This document shows positions 59,529 through 64,000 of a stretch of DNA of 64,000 bases, one piece after another. The DNA lies in assembly GCA_963828465.1 (NCBI GenBank), contig CAWHEU010000013.1, forward strand, positions 32,001-96,000, in the 5' to 3' direction. The translations under genes were made by a program, and so were the position numbers. Source of the DNA: an uncultured Acidobacteriota bacterium. GTDB lineage: Bacteria; Actinomycetota; Acidimicrobiia; Spongiisociales; ZC4RG35. Under the pieces are notes generated by a model. The model was not told the origin of the DNA, searched no databases, and saw only the letters and a list, made by a program, of their open reading frames with translations. Position 1 is the stretch's first letter; each line of letters opens with the position of its first letter.

Positions 59529-61202
59529 ATGGAGGAGATGGTCGGTCGCGTGCTGGGGACTGTCGACGCCACGCCACTCGAATTCTGGGTAGGAGTAGCC
59601 GAGGGCGAATACCTGGAGCTGGACGATGTCGTCGCTCTCGAGCGCGTCCTTCCGACAGGCGAGCTGGTCAAGATCTTCGGGACCATCAGCCAGGTGCGGG
59701 CCCGCCACGAGGGGGCCCGATTCGATTCCGACGTCTTCCTCATCGAGGACGGGGTCCTGCCGGCCGAGGTCATGGAAGCGGCACAAGTCACTGCGACGCG
59801 GGTCGAGCCCGAGATCTTCGTCCCACCCCGTCCCGGACAGCCGGTCCGCAGGGCCCATGGCAAGGAGCGCGACCAGGCCTTGTTCTTCGACCGGATGGAT
59901 CGCAGGTTCCCGGTCGGCGCTTCGCGAAGCGGGGAGCCCCTCTACGCCAACTTCGAGTTCATCAACGGACAGCGCGGCGCCCACGTCAACATCTCCGGGG
60001 TCTCGGGTGTCGCCACGAAGACCAGCTACGCCACGTTTCTCCTCCACGCGCTGTTCACGTCCGGCGTGCTCGGGGCGGCCGTGGTCAACACCCGGGCGCT
60101 CATCTTCAACGTGAAGGGCGAGGACCTCCTTCATCTCGACCGGCGCAACACCAGCCTCGACGAGGACGCCGAGCGTCTCTATCGAGCGCTGGAACTACCG
60201 GCCCAGCCGTTCGGCTCGGTCGGTCTGTTCGCCCCGCCGCGGCCCGGGTCCGATCGGGCGGTGGCCGATGTGAGCAGCCGCTCCGACCTGACGTCGTTCT
60301 TCTGGACGCTGGCCGAGTTCTGCCACGAGGATTTGATGGTCTTTCTCTTCGCCGACGCAGAGGATGAGCGTGCGCAGTACACGATGGTGGTCTACAACGT
60401 CATGGCTCAGCTCCGTCATGCCGAAGCTGCGGACGGAGGCTCGGTCCGCATCGAAGGGGACACAGTGCGGACTTTCCGGGACCTGGTCGACCTGGTGACC
60501 CGGAAGGTCCAGGAAGAGGAAACCCGGAACGATTGGGCCGGTCCCCACATCGGGGCCGGGACGGTCAACGCCTTCGTGCGAAGGCTCCAGGGAGCCGTCC
60601 GTCATGTCGAACGGCTGATACGGGGAGATATCGCCAACCCGGACCGGCACCGAATCGACGTTCAGGGCCACCAGGTCACGGTGGTGGACCTGCACAATCT
60701 CAATGATCGGGCGAAACGGTTCGTCGTCGGTGTGGCGGTGCGTCGGGCTCTCGAAGACAAGGAGAAGGCGGGCCAATCCGACGAGTTGCTGTTCCTGGTC
60801 CTCGACGAGTTGAACAAATATGCCCCGAGAGAGGGGGCCAGCCCGATAAAGGAAGTGCTTCTCGACGTGGCCGAGCGGGGGCGCTCACTGGGCGTGATCC
60901 TGATTGGCGCCCAACAGACCGCATCGGAGGTGGAGAGGCGGATCATCGCCAACTCCTCGATTCGGGTGGTGGGCAGGCTCGACTCGGCCGAGGCATCCCG
61001 GGAGGAGTACGGCTTTCTCCCGGCCGCACAGAGACAGCGCGCCACCATCCTCAAACCGGGGACGATGCTCCTGGCGCAGCCGGAGATCCCGGTCCCACTC
61101 GTCCTCGAGTTCCCGTTCCCGGCCTGGGCTACCCGCGCTTCCGAGGCAGGCAGGGAACCTGGCGAGATCGACGGCCCGGCCGACCCCTTCGAAGACCTCT
61201 AG
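59529..61202 (+). CDS. herA: HerA/FtsK-family ATPase with N-terminal HAS barrel
   Basis: VGRVLGT...FWV HAS region, HVNISGVSGVATKTS, IFNVKGEDL, LVLDELNKYAP, ERGRSLGVILIGAQQ. Confidence 0.85.
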   Translation: MEEMVGRVLGTVDATPLEFWVGVAEGEYLELDDVVALERVLPTGELVKIFGTISQVRARHEGARFDSDVFLIEDGVLPAEVMEAAQVTATRVEPEIFVPPRPGQPVRRAHGKERDQALFFDRMDRRFPVGASRSGEPLYANFEFINGQRGAHVNISGVSGVATKTSYATFLLHALFTSGVLGAAVVNTRALIFNVKGEDLLHLDRRNTSLDEDAERLYRALELPAQPFGSVGLFAPPRPGSDRAVADVSSRSDLTSFFWTLAEFCHEDLMVFLFADAEDERAQYTMVVYNVMAQLRHAEAADGGSVRIEGDTVRTFRDLVDLVTRKVQEEETRNDWAGPHIGAGTVNAFVRRLQGAVRHVERLIRGDIANPDRHRIDVQGHQVTVVDLHNLNDRAKRFVVGVAVRRALEDKEKAGQSDELLFLVLDELNKYAPREGASPIKEVLLDVAERGRSLGVILIGAQQTASEVERRIIANSSIRVVGRLDSAEASREEYGFLPAAQRQRATILKPGTMLLAQPEIPVPLVLEFPFPAWATRASEAGREPGEIDGPADPFEDL

Positions 61203-61225
61203 ACCACTTGGAGCCTCCCAGGAAC

Positions 61226-61247
61226 TGTCCCTGCCCCGACCTACGAT
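61226..61247 (+). promoter_or_regulatory. PafBC/RecA-NDp-like internal promoter of sbcD
   Basis: TGTCCC-N10-TACGAT. Confidence 0.6.
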
Positions 61248-61275
61248 CGGGAGCGATGACCTGCTCGGTCCCACC

Positions 61276-62406
61276 ATGAGATTGCTCCACACCTCGGATT
61301 GGCATGTGGGGAGGAAGATTCGTGGTCGCTCCAGGGCCGACGAGCACCGGGCGGTCCTGTCCGAGATCGTGGAAATTGCCCGGGACCGGCGTGTCGACAT
61401 CACTCTGGTCGCCGGCGACCTCTTCGATATCTCCTCACCCTCACCCGAGGACGAATCGATCATCTATCGGGCACTGCTCGACCTCGCCGAGGTCGGTCCG
61501 GTCCTGGTGGTGGGTGGCAACCACGACAGCGCTGCCCGGCTGGAAGCGGTGAAACCGCTCCTCGACCTGGGTCGAATCACGGTCGTCGCCCGCCCAACGC
61601 GGCCTATCGACGGCGGGGTGGTGGTCATCGAGGCGCTCGGCCTCAAGGTGGCTTGCCTCCCATTCGTCTCTCAGCGCGGCATCATCAAGGCGGCGGAGAT
61701 CATGGATCTCGACCCCGATCAACACGCCCAGGGATACGAAGAGCGGTTGAGACGGATCATCAGCGGTCTGACCGAGAAGATGGGCACAGACACGGTCAAT
61801 GTGCTCACCGGACATCTCACCGTGTACGGGGCAGAAAGTGGCGGCGGCGAGCGTGAGGCGCACATCTTTGGCTACGCCATCCCCCCGCAGGCCTTCCCGG
61901 GAAGCCTCTCGTATGTCGCGCTGGGCCACCTCCACCGTCAGCAGAGGATTCCCGCCTCCGCCCCGGTCTGGTACAGCGGCTCACCGATGCAGCTCGACTT
62001 CGGGGAGGTCAGCGACAAAAAGGGTGTCCTCGTCGTGGAGGCCGAGCCGGGTAAGCCGGCGTCTGTCGATACGGTCGTGGTCGAGAGCGGGACCGGGCTC
62101 GTCCAGATACGGGGCACTCTGGAGCAGGTCCTCAGCCGGGCTGCGGAGGTAGAAGGGTCCTACGTGAAGGTCCTTCTGGACGAGCAAGCCAGAGCCGGCC
62201 TCAACGAGGAAGTCAGAGATGCGATCACGGGGGCGGTCGACGTGATCATCGCCCAACCGGAGGACAGAGCGCCCCGGGAACGGATCGAGCGGGTGGGCAG
62301 GTCTCCGGCGGCACTGCTGGAGGCATATCTCACCTCGAAGGGGGTCGACGATCCTGCCGTAGTGGAGCTGTTCCGGGAGCTCGAGGAGGAGGTTCTCTCC
62401 AGGTGA
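61276..62406 (+). CDS. sbcD: SbcD/Mre11 nuclease
   Basis: LHTSDWHVG, AGDLFD, GNHDS, YVALGHLH, YSGSP. Confidence 0.95.
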   Translation: MRLLHTSDWHVGRKIRGRSRADEHRAVLSEIVEIARDRRVDITLVAGDLFDISSPSPEDESIIYRALLDLAEVGPVLVVGGNHDSAARLEAVKPLLDLGRITVVARPTRPIDGGVVVIEALGLKVACLPFVSQRGIIKAAEIMDLDPDQHAQGYEERLRRIISGLTEKMGTDTVNVLTGHLTVYGAESGGGEREAHIFGYAIPPQAFPGSLSYVALGHLHRQQRIPASAPVWYSGSPMQLDFGEVSDKKGVLVVEAEPGKPASVDTVVVESGTGLVQIRGTLEQVLSRAAEVEGSYVKVLLDEQARAGLNEEVRDAITGAVDVIIAQPEDRAPRERIERVGRSPAALLEAYLTSKGVDDPAVVELFRELEEEVLSR

Positions 62407-64000
62407 GACCGCAGCGCCTGGTCATGGAGGGATTCCTCGCCTACCGGCGCAAGACCGAGATCGACTTCACCGATGCAGACCTCTTCGTGCTTTCGGGCCC
62501 GACGGGATCGGGGAAGTCGAGCGTCATCGACGGCATGACGTTCGCCCTCTACGGGTCGATTCCCCGGGTCGGCAAGGGCTCGGTGGCGCCCCTCATCTCG
62601 GCTCAGGCGGACATCTGCCGCGTGGAGTTCAGGTTCTCGGTCGGTGAAGAGACCTATACCGCTGTCCGTCTCGTGGAGCGCCAGGGTTCCAGGGCGACCA
62701 CCACAGAGGCGCGCCTGCTCCGCGGTGAATCTCTCGAGGTGCTGGCGGGCACAGCACCGGAGGTAACCGACGCCGTCACCGATCTGCTCGGTCTGCGTTA
62801 CGAGCATTTCATCAAGGCGGTGGTCCTGCCCCAGGGTGCCTTTGCCGACTTCCTGACCGACCAGCCCAGCGATCGTCAGGACCTTCTCAATGCCCTGCTC
62901 GACATGGGCCTATACGAGCAGGTGATGCAACTGGCCAACCAGCGGGCCAAGCTGGCAGAGGGCAGGGCGAAGTCGGTCGGTGACAGCCTGGCCAAGCTCG
63001 AAGTCGCCACCGTGGAGCAGATCGAGGAAGCACGGCAACGCTTGGGCGACCTGGCACAGGCCAGAGTGGAGCTGCCTGCCCGTCTCGAGGAAATGGGCCG
63101 GCTCGAAGCCCTGTTGGGCGAGGCACGATCCAGCCACGCTGCAGCGGTCGATGGTCTCAAGCAGCTCCAGGCAATCGAAGTTCCCGATGACCTGGAGACC
63201 CTCGACACCGACATGGCGGCCGCCGCCAAAGACCTCGAATCGGTCGAGAAGGAATTTGCGGTGGCCGTCGAGCTGGGCAAAAAGATCGACGAAGCCTTAT
63301 CAGGGCAGCCCAAGCTGGCCGACCTCGAATCGGCTCGGGCCGACCGACTCCGGCTTCGTGATCTCACGGTCAGGAGGTCGGAGCTCCCACTCGAATCTCT
63401 CACCTCGGCTTTGAGCCAGATCACCGCCGACCGCGATGAGAAGCGCCACTCACTCGAGGCGCTCCGGGTCGCACACGCCGCTCATGACCTGCGTCGCGGT
63501 CTCGCCATTGGTGACACCTGCCCGGTGTGCCATTCCGTGGTCGCCACGATCACGGACGAGGCCGACGGGCCGGACACATCGCTCGATCAGCTCGCCACCG
63601 AGTTGCGAGAGTTGGAAGAGCGGGCCGATCGCTCCCGGGACGGCCTGAAGGAAGCCGAGGGACAGGCCAAGCAGATCGATCGGCAGCTCGAGGAAGTGGA
63701 AGAGCGCCTCAAAGGACAGCCGGGCCTCGACGCCCTCGATGAGGCCATCACCACTGTCCGGGAGTTGGTCGAATCGAGGGAGGCCGCCGAGAAAGCGGTG
63801 AGCGGGGCTCGACTCGCCGTCGAGCAGGCACGTATCGCAGTAGGCGACCTCGGCGAACGCGGCTCGAGTCTGCGCGACGCGCTCCTTGCCGTCAGGGACC
63901 GGATCGCGGCCGAGAAGCCGCCACTGCCCGCTGACGACGCCATCGATGCCTGGCGGCGGTTCGACATATGGCTGAGGGAGAAAACTGCATCTCGCGTGGA
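62403..64000 (+). CDS. sbcC: SbcC/Rad50 SMC-family ATPase (3' truncated by window)
   Basis: GTG 62403; GFLAYR, SGPTGSGKSS..D...FALYG, VLPQG.F..FL, coiled coil, in-frame CPVC zinc hook at 63519. Confidence 0.93.
   Translation, partial: MRPQRLVMEGFLAYRRKTEIDFTDADLFVLSGPTGSGKSSVIDGMTFALYGSIPRVGKGSVAPLISAQADICRVEFRFSVGEETYTAVRLVERQGSRATTTEARLLRGESLEVLAGTAPEVTDAVTDLLGLRYEHFIKAVVLPQGAFADFLTDQPSDRQDLLNALLDMGLYEQVMQLANQRAKLAEGRAKSVGDSLAKLEVATVEQIEEARQRLGDLAQARVELPARLEEMGRLEALLGEARSSHAAAVDGLKQLQAIEVPDDLETLDTDMAAAAKDLESVEKEFAVAVELGKKIDEALSGQPKLADLESARADRLRLRDLTVRRSELPLESLTSALSQITADRDEKRHSLEALRVAHAAHDLRRGLAIGDTCPVCHSVVATITDEADGPDTSLDQLATELRELEERADRSRDGLKEAEGQAKQIDRQLEEVEERLKGQPGLDALDEAITTVRELVESREAAEKAVSGARLAVEQARIAVGDLGERGSSLRDALLAVRDRIAAEKPPLPADDAIDAWRRFDIWLREKTASRV

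Overview
High-GC (roughly two-thirds G+C by eye), gene-dense chromosomal segment that looks actinobacterial. Acidimicrobiia is my inference from the eno-divIC-DUF501-ppx-tRNA-Leu(TAA) synteny, TANNNT leaderless promoters and Pro/Thr-rich protein tails. Core genes: eno 3' end, iscS-mnmA-ligA, dapD-dapE, gatCAB, pyk, aspartate aminotransferase. Accessory modules: a DUF222/HNH element; an RHH-DUF4097-ABC operon with a five-box operator array; a solo Cas4/AddB-like nuclease; an ArsR divergent from a 19-aa Cys-rich micropeptide missed by the ORF track; a homoprotocatechuate-type catabolic cluster with an MppR/Sbi00515-like protein where hpaH/hpaI would be expected; a dynamin-like GTPase pair; a small membrane protein-kinase/methyltransferase-LtaS-like cassette; a Rhodothermus-type mannosylglycerate synthase; and herA-sbcD-sbcC (runs off the window). 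Non-coding signals: a candidate ~125-nt C-loop sRNA, two copies of a twin-hairpin REP-like element, and a PafBC-like TGTC(A/C)C-N10-TANNNT motif upstream of DNA-processing genes. Single-base indels break or distort gatB, the FAH gene, the PQQ dehydrogenase and the enoyl-CoA hydratase; these are probably consensus errors. All family calls come from motif recognition by eye, not from database searches.
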